A DNA stretch of 64,000 nt from Malacoraja senta. Taxonomy: Eukaryota. The position numbers and the translations under genes were made by a program. This document shows, piece after piece, positions 46,456 through 57,752 of this stretch (position 1 is the stretch's first letter; each line of letters starts with the position of its first letter). The notes beneath the pieces are model-generated. The model ran no database searches, was not told where the DNA came from, and saw only the letters and a list, made by a program, of their open reading frames with translations. The stretch is taken from positions 174,716,001 through 174,780,000 of the forward strand of contig CM075978.1 in the NCBI GenBank assembly GCA_038087875.1, in the 5' to 3' direction.

Positions 46456-48356
46456 TGTGCAGTAGTTTACAGGTCCAAATAAATTTTGCTGCAAAATTAA
46501 GATAAAGAATAAGTGCAAATATTCTGAACAAGTTATTTTCACTTTCACTGTAGGCTCAGTTTACGTGGGGAGAGTGAATGTACTAATTAACTTCCTGTAA
46601 ATAGAGTTAACACGATAGGACAGAGCTGAACATAGCTGCAACCACAGAGAGAAGTGTAAAGTGGAGACGAAATCATTATATACTGATCAGTGAGCAGTTC
46701 TTCCTTATTTTATCAGACGTTTAAGTATTCAAAGGGGCAGCAAAGTAAATTGATACGCGTTGTTATTTGCTTACTTGCATGCAGCGACTTTGATTACCTG
46801 AAAAAAAATGGCGTCAGGCTCGAGCTTCCAGACTCCTCTCAAAATGGACGTCCGCGCACCCCCCCCCCCCCGCTTCCGGTAAAAGTCCGCGATCGTATGC
46901 TCGTTGGACAGGCCGTGCGGTGGTCACCCGGCATACGCGCAGCAACAGCTTCCGGTAAGGCTACATTTTTGTTAACTTACCGCAAGCTCGTGGGACCGGC
47001 CGTACGGAGATCACTCGGCCCCCGCGCAGCATCCGTGCCGCGCTTCCGCGGCATAGGCTCAGCGCTCTCGTGGTTGCCGTGCGGTCCCCTCTTCCGGCGA
47101 CACCGCGCTTCACCGTCAATGACCGCAAACCCGTGAGACAGAGCTATTAACAGGATGCCGTCTGTGTTCCAGAACTGAAATCTGAGAGAGGAATGGGCGA
47201 GACGTCCAGTACAAACAACATTTCGGGGAGAAACATGGCATTTAATGTTTTACATCAGTGTTTCACGTGGACGACAAAATTATTCTCTCAGTCAAGTTTC
47301 ATCTGCCCAACAAATCCTTATTTCGAACTATATTCTTTCACAGATGGACCGAATATTCCCATATTTCTGCTTCAGCTAATATTTCTTATTTCAACATCTG
47401 CCAGCAACACACTTCCTAAAATATTTACTGGTAAAGATGTTTGTGCACTCCGTTCTTGTGCACGTCCCAACAGCAGTCAGATTCGGCATATCTGCACAGT
47501 GGCGTACTCTAACAGGTAAAACCAATATCGGAACTCTTATTCTCATGATAATTCAGCTACACATGACTTTCCCGCCTTCTTAGTTACATAAATATTATGC
47601 TAAACGTTCTATGAATGCTTTTCAACGGTTCTGCGTCATGTTTACAAGAAAACTCCAGAAATATCATGGTTTAGGCAAAGCTTCAATATTGCTTGTTAAT
47701 TTATCACTGCATTCCATCTTGTCCGTTGCCTTTCATGCGTTCGGAATCTAAACAAATAATTGGTATTTAAAATAGTTAGTGTATATCGTCATGTTCAGAA
47801 ATGGTTTATAATTCCACAATCCTAATTAAATTGATGACCTTTAAACTAGATTATATTAATTAATTAATGATTTGTCAAATAATATTTAGCTGCAAGCTTT
47901 CAGATCAAACTTGCAGTACTGAGCAAATAAGCGCAAAAGCGCAGGCTCAGCACGCTCAAACCCAGAGAGAAAAATGGGCGTAAACCCCCTAACAAACCCA
48001 TGAAAAGCCAAACCACCTAAACAGACGTGCGCTCACAGATACGCACACGCACACACACGCACACACACAAACACACACACGCACACGCACAAACACACAC
48101 ATACACGCACACACAAGCGAACACACACACACACAGAGCCACACACACACGCGCGTGTGCAATGAACAAGAAATAATAATCCGATTTAATTTGAAGTTGT
48201 CAGAATTGCCACATTGACATTTTTATTAACAGATGGCAGGTCGTCTGGTTCAGGTTAATGTAGTCTCCAGCTCATCCAATTATTTATTTTTTCTGCTACA
48301 TTATTTGAAATTCATCGTTCATTGTTCATTGTTTCAAGTGGATATCTAGAGATTAT

Positions 48357-48443
48357 TCACATCCCTTTCGTCCTTATCTTTTGATAAAGCCTCCGCCACT
48401 TCCGAAGGTGTACAGGCGTATATTCAATCACCTCCTTCATGAT
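48357..48443 (-). CDS. IgSF receptor probable terminal cytoplasmic exon IMKEVIEYTPVHLRKWRRLYQKIRTKGM* with ITIM-consensus IEYTPV
   Basis: Branch point gctaac plus ttttatag acceptor. Only phase 0 stays open, matching the 23-nt exon. AATAAA downstream at 48283-48288. Confidence 0.5.
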   Translation of the reverse strand: MMKEVIEYTPVHLRKWRRLYQKIRTKGM

Positions 48444-49057
48444 CTATAAAATCAACGGATTTTGTAGTTAGCTCACAACCGTGTACAGTCGCCCAAATGG
48501 TTCGCAAAACACTAGGAAGAAGAAATAATCCATTCGCCGTTCTGGAGAAAACCGCGTTTGTCTCCGTGTTTGTTTCACATATTTCAATCGCTCAAATGGA
48601 TACTAAAATCGTTACGAAAGATTATATTGAAGAATGTTGGAAGGGAAATGCTTGTCCTGTTTTTGTTGTATTCAAAGGCGTTAAAACGTGATCAGGGTAA
48701 TGTTGCAACAATTGGGCGTTAACCTGTTGACATTAGATTTGGAATAACTGTAACGAGTTTTGGGCGGACAGAATCGCAGAATCAGGTCTTGTTCGTAAGC
48801 ACCTGATGACTTTCTAAAGAATTGTATCGATTTTTGAAGCATCTTTTGAATAATCTTTTCGCATGGGCATGCATTTCCTTCATATGGTTAGTTTCATATT
48901 AGTTTTTAAATTATTATTACAGTTGGAAAGGGTGCAGAGATATTTACGAAGATGTTGCCAGGACATTTGCCAATGTGTTCCAGGCCCCCACTACTCTCTG
49001 CGTAAAAATCTTGCCCGCACATCCTCATTAAACGCCCACCCCCCAGAAATAATTTAC

Positions 49058-49080
49058 CGTTTTAAGCAGTTGAGTGCCAA
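49058..49080 (-). CDS. IgSF receptor small cytoplasmic exon IGTQLLKT
   Basis: ttcttctaaacttcag| acceptor and ACG|gtaaat donor; 23 nt, phase 1-0. The same segment is conserved in the relic at about 32405-32430. Confidence 0.65.
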
Positions 49081-50289
49081 CTGAAGTTTAGAAGAATACA
49101 TGCAATTATAGTAGAAATCGAAACTATATTTGAACCCGTAACTACGAACATTTCCCATCTACATGCGATACTAAAATACGGCATTACCAAAGTCCTATGT
49201 AGCTGCATAATGACGTGTTGACTCTTATATTAAGCGCCTCTAATACTGAAGGCAAGCATACTATTCGCCTTCTTTACCACCCTATATACTTGTGTTGCTA
49301 CGTTCAGTGAGCAATGAAGCTGGACTCTAAGATACCTCTGCACATCAATGTTAAGTGTCTTGCCATAAACTGTATACTTTCCCCTTACATTCAACCCCCG
49401 AAGTACAACATTTTATTTTTGCACTGGTTAATCCCCATCTGTCATTTCTTCGCCCATTTTTGCAACTGGCCCATATCCCGCTATATCATCTGACTGCTTT
49501 CCTCACTGTCAGCATTTCCTTCAATGTTGGTGTCGTCAATAAACCTACTCAACAACCCATCTGCATTTATATCCAGGTCATTTATATGTATCCAATCCAA
49601 TCTTCCAATCCAATGGGCAAGAGTTCAGTAGGAAGAGTACAACAGTTGCAGCGAACTGTCCTCGGAAGCATTTGTGACGTAAAATCCATGGAGGGAAGGT
49701 ATTTGAAGAGCGTTCTCAAACTACATTATCACCATAATAAGATTGTGAACATATACTGCGAAATATCTACTGCCGAAACCCCTTGGGAGTCGTGGGTTTA
49801 AAATAAAAGAAACATGACATCTGTAAGATTTGAATTTAACCCGATTTAGTTTAACAATTGTAATCAACAAAATAATATTAAACACTGTATACGTGGGTAT
49901 CCACTAATCGGTTAATTGAGTAATTATGACAGATATAACGTTGGCCTTCGTTTTTCACTAACTTTGTTTAGTTTAGATTTGAAATACAGCGCAGAAACAG
50001 ATTCCCGCACACTAACACTATCCTACACACACCAGGGACAATTTACAATTATACTAAGCCGATTAGCCTACAAACCTGTACGTCTTTGGAGTGTGGGAGG
50101 AAACCGGAGCTCCCGGAGTAAATGCACGCACGTCACGAGGAGAATGTACAAACTCCGTACAGACAAAACCCGTAGTCAAGATCGCACCCGGGTCTCTGGC
50201 ACTGTACAGCAGCAACTTTAAAGCTGGGCCCGGTGTTTCCCTCTATTCTTTAAATGAACCCGAAGGAAATTACACTGAATCTTACTTAC

Positions 50290-50403
50290 TTTCCTGTTTA
50301 CGGAATTGACATTTTCTCCAACTGAGAACTATGACGGCAAGGCAAACGAATACGCTCAATGTACATCCAAAAACCAAGAGGAACAGCTGTGTTTTTTCTT
50401 TGG
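50290..50403 (-). CDS. IgSF receptor transmembrane exon AKEKTQLFLLVFGCTLSVFVCLAVIVLSWRKCQFRKQE
   Basis: ctcgtag|CC ... GAA A|gtaagt; 114 nt, phase 1-1. About 22 uncharged residues are followed by a basic stop-transfer cluster. Confidence 0.88.
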
Positions 50404-51379
50404 CTACGAGAATAATCATCAGCATTAATCATCTTTGCAATAATTATCATTTTTGTTGTACGCAGCTTATGCAGCAAAATGTATAAGCCTATTTGTTGTG
50501 GTGTGATGCGCACTTTCCGCGTATGCACAACAAAGTCACGGACGCAGACTGGTATCCTTCGCCATTTAAAATATTACATTTATGAATATTGTTTCACTTT
50601 ATTCATATTTATTTCGCTGGAACCACTACAACTCGAGCTCATTATGGGAACAAGCAATTATCTTTTTAATTTCTTTGAGTCAACGGTAATTAAGTTTTTG
50701 ATTTACAAAATATATAAACACATTTCTGACCATATCTCTCAATAAGTAACAAAGGATTTAAGATCTGACCAAAATCCGTAGTGTTTTAACACGAAAGACA
50801 GTTCATTGAGGGAAGAAATTGATTTATATGTATTTGCCTCTCTCTTTTTCATGCCAACTAGTTAATAGAGTGAACCAGTTCAGAAATAAACCCTGCGGCT
50901 CATCTTGTCCGGATCCACCACCATGCACCCATTCCCACCAAACCCAGTTTACTCTCTCCATGTTGTCGTTACCTCCCCCTGTTTACGGTTACAATACAAA
51001 CCTATAGACCAGGAGACATTTGCAGAGAAATTAACCGTCCAACGGGTACATCTTTGGGACACGGAGGGCACGGGAGTTCTTGGGGGGAAAACGTGCATTT
51101 ATAGGGAAAACGCAAATTCCACAAAGTGGATTAATTTGGTCATGCAGACTGACTCAACCCGGGCTACTGTAGCTGGGAGGTAGGCACAAAATTGCTGGAG
51201 TAACTCAGCGGGGCAGGCAACATCACTGTAGAGAAGGAATGGGTGACGCTTCGGGTCGAGACCCTTCTTCAGATTGTAACTGGGAGGCAGAAGCTCTACC
51301 AGCAACACAGTGTGCGGCATCATAGAATTGATGATAACATTTTTACATAATTCACATTTGTCATAGCTTTTATTGGCAT

Positions 51380-51429
51380 TTATTTTCTTTTTGGAAACAG
51401 GCGCAGAACGACTATCTTTGGTGGATATC
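51380..51429 (-). CDS. Candidate alternative terminal exon GYPPKIVVLRLFPKRK* (secreted isoform, or relic of a second C1 exon)
   Basis: ttttgtag|GA acceptor 100 nt after the C1 donor, in frame. TAA at 51380-51382; AATAAA at 51379-51384 and 51369-51374. Confidence 0.45.
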
Positions 51430-51529
51430 CTACAAAATTCACATGCCCATAGCAATAGGAATGAAAATAATATGAAGCTGTTTATTGCGGCCTCTATTGT
51501 CAGCACATGAAACATCGCCAGCATCTTAC

Positions 51530-51838
51530 CCGGATTAAAACTGGCATCAACGTAAATAGCCATAGCTGGACTCTGAAGTGTGTGGTGGGTTACCAGACAG
51601 GTATACAAAGCGCCACTCCCGGACGGCTGCAATGTTTCGAAGTTGCTGGACGCTGCATAAGTTCCGTTTGAGTTCAGGATTTTACTAGTGCTGATACCAG
51701 TCTCAATGTTGGTGTCATTTTTATACCAAGTGAAGGTGAGAGACTCCGGGTAAAACTCTCCTGTCTTGCACACAAGGACGAGATTGGACGCGTTTGTTTC
51801 CGGCGCTTTGGGGGAAAGGCTGACAGGTTCTGGAGAAG
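51530..51838 (-). CDS. IgSF receptor C1-set domain exon
   Basis: cacag|CT ... CCG G|gtaag; 309 nt, phase 1-1. LVCKTGEFYPESLTFTW and YTCLVTH C1 motifs; N-glycosylation sequons NAS, NDT, NGT. Confidence 0.93.
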
Positions 51839-52916
51839 CTGTGGGACGCGAGAAAGAATAAAATGATTATCTGAATTACCATTTCAGTTTAGAATCTAGT
51901 GCTTCCAATTAGACTGGAGAGATGAATACTGACGGGCTCCCCAGCAAATCCAACGGTTATTTGTAAGAAACAATTTTTTTTATCAACAAGCTACAATTCG
52001 CCTATAATTTGGATGATTTTAATGTTACATTGTTCAAATCAAACCAATTCGACCAGGTTATTAGCCTGATTAAGTCTACACAGAGAATAGCACTTCAACA
52101 GCAACTCATTCCGCTTTTCTGTTCGCTGGTAGTTAGTCTTACTCTACGCACTCCAGCAATTCGATGTAACATTAAACAATTCTCAGTAAGTTATGTTGCT
52201 ATCTTCTAAATTCTAAAGATCACGACCCTAGTTTCAGCGATATGATCTCGATATAAGCTTCGGAATCCAGATGTCTTTCCGACAAATGTGCCTATCATTT
52301 CTTCTAAGACCTATAAATTCTGGCACTGGTATGATGGCCAAAACTGCTTACATGCGGGTATATCTGCCCAGGGTTTTGCTTCGTTGAGCCATTACCCTTT
52401 CACCTTTGCCCTTGAGGTATACAAGCAATCTTCCCATAGATTTCTGGGATACTTTATTTGCCAGATTATCACAACGCATATTGCTACCGAGCACACAAAA
52501 ATGCTGGAGAAACTCAGCGGGTGCAGCAGCATCTATGGAGCGAAGGAAATAGGCAACGTTTCGGGCCCCCGCTGGCCTTCAGATTCCTCTTGTGCTACGT
52601 GAATCGTACAATTATATATATACCAAAAAATATATATAAAGGCGTTCTAATCATCTACCGTTCACTAACTGAATGATCTAAGCAACCAACGGCAGACAGA
52701 CGTTACAAACATAGTTGTAGAAATAGCAACATTGTCCTTATTCTAATGTTGTAAGTAGTACAAAGAGATGAACTATTGACATTATTTAAAGATAGGTTGA
52801 CCTGGCCCATTGACTTTTTACGGAGTCAAAAGGAACCCCGAAACGGAGTAGATTCGATGGGCGGAATGAACTAATTCTGCTCCTTTGACTTATGAACCGC
52901 ACTGCAGTCCTCTCAC

Positions 52917-53228
52917 CGTGCACCTCAAGCCTGGATCCGGTTCCTTTCACAATCTCATTTTTTTGCTGACCTACACCACAGTAGTATAACCCAGAGTCGG
53001 CGACACGGACATCAACGATTTTGAGCAAACTCCTATCGTTTTCCAACTGAATAACCCGTTTTCTGCCATGGGAACTTGGTTGTAATAGTCCTTCATCACC
53101 AAGTTTCCACCAATTTACAGTCAGACTTGCTTTGTTCGGAATCTCGCTGGTAACGCATTCGAAGATGATATCTGTTCCCACCATCACCGTGCTAGCTTTA
53201 GGGATCTGGGATATTGTCGCTGGAGCCA
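52917..53228 (-). CDS. IgSF receptor V(J)-type domain exon
   Basis: gacag|TG ... CAC G|gtgag; 312 nt, phase 1-1. B-strand Cys (IIFEC), C-strand Trp (VNWW), DSGLYYC and J-like KGTGSRLEV all lie in one exon. Confidence 0.93.
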
Positions 53229-53353
53229 CTGTCAAACAGAAAGAAATGTTGCGATGAAATATATTTTAGACACAATAACTAGTTTAATCGTATGTAGGTA
53301 GATACGTGGATGATCTACAGGACAACAAGACGCTGAAGCATTAGGAAGACTAC

Positions 53354-53399
53354 CTTCATAAAAAATCCACAGCGCGCAAAGGTACAAATAGATTAACAT
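53354..53399 (-). CDS. IgSF receptor leader exon MLIYLYLCALWIFYE
   Basis: ATG at 53399, hydrophobic signal peptide, 46-nt phase-1 exon with G|gtagtc donor, and a 125-nt intron to the V exon (typical Ig/TCR-like L-V layout). Confidence 0.8.
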
Positions 53400-53519
53400 T
53401 GTAGAACAGAATCTGGTCTATCCAGAAACTGTGGCGTTGTTTGGTTGTAGATAGCAGTTTCCTAAAGGTCAGGTCTTGTTCGTGATACGACGTGCTCTCG
53501 TTTTGCGCGCCCAACTTGC

Positions 53520-53630
53520 TGCAGTTAAACCACTGAAGGAAGTGAGTTGCAGAGGAAAATGGATTTGTGCCCAAGTGACTTATCTTAGCAGGAAATGTCA
53601 GTTGAATATAAACCAACCTCCTGATTGGGC
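53520..53630 (-). promoter_or_regulatory. Putative promoter of the IgSF receptor
   Basis: Sites 120-230 nt upstream of the ATG: ETS-type GGAA sites (53537-44 AGGAAGTG, 53552-59, 53589-96), GATA AGATAA (53580-85) and CCAAT (53624-28). Confidence 0.4.
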
Positions 53631-54094
53631 GCGAAGGGTGTGATGCTTGTCGATGACTCGCCAACAGGATACTCTCTCAATGTATTACGCTGAAGGTATA
53701 TAAGGGGAGGCGTAGCAAAGGTGACGGAGGACGGGTCTTGTGGTAGACGGCTCAAACGAAGAGGGGAAAATAAGAAACGACATTCTTCTAGGTGAAGATA
53801 GCCATAAGATGCTGGAGTAACTCAGTGGGACAGGTAGCATTTCTGTAGAGGAGGAATGGGTGACATTTCGGGTCCAGTCTCTTCTTCAGACTCGACCCGA
53901 AACGCCACCCATTCCTTTTCTCCAAATGCTACCTGTCCAGCATTGTGTGTGTATCTTCGGTTTAATCCAGGATCTGTAGTTCCTTCCTACACATTTCGTC
54001 TGGATTAAGTTGGCCTAAACTACTTTCGTCCTTCAGTATTTTTCTCTTGCTCTTCATTTTGAAGGATCAGGCAGATGTCCAGTTCGTAGTTAAT

Positions 54095-55235
54095 TTTTAA
54101 ATTTTGTTTAATTATCATTATTTTTTAATTTATTAGAAGCAAATATACAAAAATAGATCCAACGGCATATGAAATAATACAGTTATTGTACAGCTTCACT
54201 TTTAACTTTAAGCTATAGTTGGAAGAAAAGAAAGATAAAAAGTGAAATGTGCAAAGATAGAACCCCTAGACTACCAAAGTAGTGTAGCCAAAGAGTGAAT
54301 AAATGAAAGAAAGAGGAGAGGAATAGAAAAAAATAAGAAAGATAAAAGGACAAAAAGAGAAAGAAACAAAAAGGTGGTGATATACCTGCCTCACATCGCT
54401 CCCCACCCACCTCACCCAACCCGTAATTAGATTTAAATCCAAAGTTGTGTTGTACCATACTATCCTTGTAATAAATCAATTAATGGTGTCCATGTCTTCG
54501 AAAAATGATCTGTTTTTTCTGCCAAGACAAGTCTAATATTTTCAAGATGTAGCGTCTCGGACATGTTTATAATCCATATCTTAAGAGTAGGGACTGATGT
54601 ATGTTTCCAAAATTTGAGTATTCGTTTTTTCGCCGTTATCAGGCCATAATTAAGGAAATGTCTTTGAAATAATGATAGCTCAGAGCAGGATTCTGATGTA
54701 CATAGAATGATCAATTCCGTATCGGGATCCGGTTTTGTTTTTAGTGTTTTTGAAATTTTTTAAAAATTCCTCTCCAAAAATTATGTAACTTTATACAAGA
54801 GACAAAGGAATGGGTTATAGTTGCTTCTTGAAGAATACATTCATCGCAAATAGGAGATACATTTGGAAATATCTTATTCAGTTTAGACTTTGAATAATAG
54901 AGTCTGTGCAGTATTTTAAATTGAATTAACGAATGCCTAACATTAATCGAACAATTGTGTATATATAGAAGGTTTTCCTCCCATCTGTTTTTTACAATTT
55001 TTAGGCCAAGTTCATCTTCCCAAGCTCTTCTAATTACTTCTGACGCTGGGGTTTCTATATTTAAAAGGGTGTTGTACAGATATGATATTAACTTGTTTGA
55101 ATCCGAATTTCTATTCATACATTCGTCTAGTGTGTCTGGCAACAAAGATTGGTAGTCTTGGGTATATGATTTCAGATAGTCTCGAATTTGAAGATATCTA
55201 AAATATTGACTACCTTTCAGGTGATATTTCGACGG
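54095..55235 (-). mobile_element. L1/Tx1-type LINE 3' fragment
   Basis: FRYLQIRDY, QFKILHR, C-terminal CDEC-x8-H-x4-C motif and an A-rich 3' end. Confidence 0.85.
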
Positions 55236-56422
55236 TGATTCTTGACCAGTTCGTAGTTCGAGCGGGCATTTGAAACTTCCTGTCGCCCATTCTTCGAGGC
55301 GAAATTTCTAAACTTACTCGCTCTTGATCATTATTTTCTGCTTTCTTACATCTCTGCACATTATTGATTCAGAATGGAAGGAGTTCAGTTATCGACTCCT
55401 CTGCCTTGGAATCGCTAATGCAAGGTGCCCCGGCAGTTGTTTCGGCGGCAAAGGCTCTCGATAGAGCACTGCTGAGGAATATCTTTTTGTCTTGGTGGAG
55501 TTCACTTTATGCTCCCTCGGCTCCCATGCTACTTCGTCTCAGCAGACAATAAATATTCTTCAAAGATTTGCCGCGTTGTCCAAGATCTGCTGTTTGAGGC
55601 AACTGTTGGTTCTCACTCCGTGGATTTTCATTTGGAGCTGAATAGTGTGCATTCTCCTGGTAACATCACAGTCCTGGTGTTATGGGAGTAACCACAGAAG
55701 ACTGAAATTGATTGATCCTGGAAAGGACACTGGAATAATGTCTGCACACATATTTAGTTTTTGATTTACAGATGGAGGGTGGAAACAGGCCCATTCGGCC
55801 CACCGAGTCCACACCGATCATCGTTCAGCAGTCCACACTAGTTCTATGTAATCCCAAAACGCAAGCACTCCCTACATACGAGGCATTTATTTACAGAGGC
55901 CAATAAATGTGCAGACCCTCGAGACTTTGGGGTATGGGAGGTAGTCGAACTGGGGTCTCTGGCGCTGTGAGACAGCAATATACCCGCTCCGGCACTATGC
56001 TGACCGTTGAGGTTGAAGGGGGTAATTGTATTGGCTTGCTTTCCCAGAGAGTTGACCTGATAGAAGCATGCAAGTTCATGATAGACATATCGATAAGTTA
56101 ATTACCGAAGATTTTTCTTTTGTTGAAACGGTTGGGGTTTAATAACGTGGCATAATGTCCGAGGAAGGATTGTGTACGGTGACCTGAGGGGTAAGTGAGG
56201 CAGATACTATAAGCATTTAAAATACACTTTTACATGTGCATGGTTTGAAGGGATAAAGGACAGACGCGGGCAGGTGAGACTAGCGTAGATGGAACATGTT
56301 GGTCAGCATGGATTAGCGTTGCTTTCTTGCTGTATGACTGTGATTTGTGGTTTTCCGGCTCGTAAAATCGACCTGTTCGTAATTCACTCAGTGTTCTACT
56401 GATCTATGAGGTTGACATTAAT

Positions 56423-57467
56423 TAGGTATGTTACAAAACTTACCTTCAGTCGCGCTGTAATTCTGCCACTGGCCGTGTGCGCGATTTTGGCGCCTTTAAG
56501 GGAGGGGGGGCGGGGTTAAAACGCGGGTTTCTCCTCCCTTGTCCTGGTAAATATTTTGTTGGAGTACAAGCGTTGGCTGAGGAATCGTTCCTAGTGGCGA
56601 TTTGTGTGTTTTTTATTTTTATTAAATCGTCAATGTCAGCGCTAGAGTAACTTTAAAAGCAGCTCCTGAAGCGTCAACGCCGATAACGGGGACGGATTTC
56701 ACACACGGGACAGGTAAACGAAAGTGGTTTCTTTAAATGTATAAAAGTGCTTCTTAAGAAGACTTTAATTCACATTTTTTCATGCGACATGGTGATTTTA
56801 TTCCCCGAATTAACGGCAGTATTTTTCATGCCAATACGGGGTTAAATTCACCGCAAATCAACGTTCCAAAAGATCGCGTTCCAGAAATCCTCACTCACAA
56901 GATGATTTAAATCCCCATTAATTTACAGGTATTAAACATTCAATTCCTTCCATTTGGCCTGTAAATTCATGAAAATGAGATTAAAAAATTATGTTATATT
57001 GTGAATTATTGTGTGAATGTTATTTGGACACTTAGGCTATTTAAAAATGTTAATCTATTCTTAAGAAATTGATAGATGTTTAGATCTAGTAATTAAATTT
57101 TGTAATTAGCTACAATTAGGTAACTAACTAATTATATGCTTTACTTTCATGTCTTCTAAGTAAGATTGTTTCATATTTGTTTCAGAATGCTTCAATCTAT
57201 AATAACTGAAAATGTCTTTCAGTTATCTTAATTTTTAAGAAAGTTATGGGTTTTTGACTGTCCTCGATCACAGCTTTTGTGTTAAGTCAATGGAAAAGCA
57301 ATATGGAACAAGATGCTAATTTCCGAGTATGAAAATGGCCATAACCTCTTTAATACTGAAGATATGAAAGTGAATTAGGTGTCAAATTAAACTTCTTTTT
57401 ATGCTTTATCTGATGGGATAAATTGCAGACTTTATTTTTAAAATCTCAAAATTTTGTAACATTGCTA
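56423..57467 (+). mobile_element. Non-autonomous DNA transposon (hAT-like), copy 2
   Basis: Same family as copy 1 over about 1 kb; 7-bp TSD CATTAAT. Confidence 0.85.
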
Positions 57468-57475
57468 CATTAATA

Positions 57476-57752
57476 GGGCGGGACGGTGGCGCAGGAGTGG
57501 TGTTTCTGCCTTACAGCGCCAGGCATCCGGGTTCGATCCTGACTACGGGTGCTGTCTGTGCTGAGGTTGTACGTTCTCTCCGTGCGTGGGGTTTCTCCGG
57601 GATCTCCGTTTCCCACCCAGGTTTGTAGTTTGTAGGTTACTTAGCTTGGTTTAATTGTAAATTGTCCCTAGTTTGTTCGTGTTAGTGTGCGGGAATCGCT
57701 GCGGGCTCGGTGGGCGAAGACCATGTTTCCGCGCTTTACCTCCAAACTAAAA
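57476..57752 (+). mobile_element. HE1-like tRNA SINE (other copies at about 1205-1500 -, 5249-5562 +, 26790-27055 +, 32765-32990 +, 49975-50225 -, 55765-55990 -, 59525-59775 -)
   Basis: GGTGGCGCAG..GGTTCGATCCTGACTACGGGTGCTGTCTG head and a shared body. Confidence 0.8.

Larger units (their letters stand above)
42110..47146. mobile_element. PIF/Harbinger DNA transposon with two convergent genes (decayed)
   Basis: TIR AGGCCTGTCTCACGGATTTGCGGTCATTG against CAATGACCGCAAACCCGTGAGACAG (47117-47141, terminus mutated). TAA at 42107-09 and 47148-50. Confidence 0.92.

Noticed and set aside
51099-51529. Read-through of ORF 51099-51773 as a TM plus tail
   Set aside because: It passes a perfect GTAAG donor, the hydrophobic stretch coincides with a polypyrimidine tract, and the end runs into a SINE-like repeat.
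52800-53300. Rearranging TCR/Ig V segment or germline-joined Ig light chain
   Set aside because: No heptamer/nonamer RSS flanks the exon. It lacks WYQQ and FGxG (it has WWKL and KGTG), no octamer was seen, and a TM exon follows C1.
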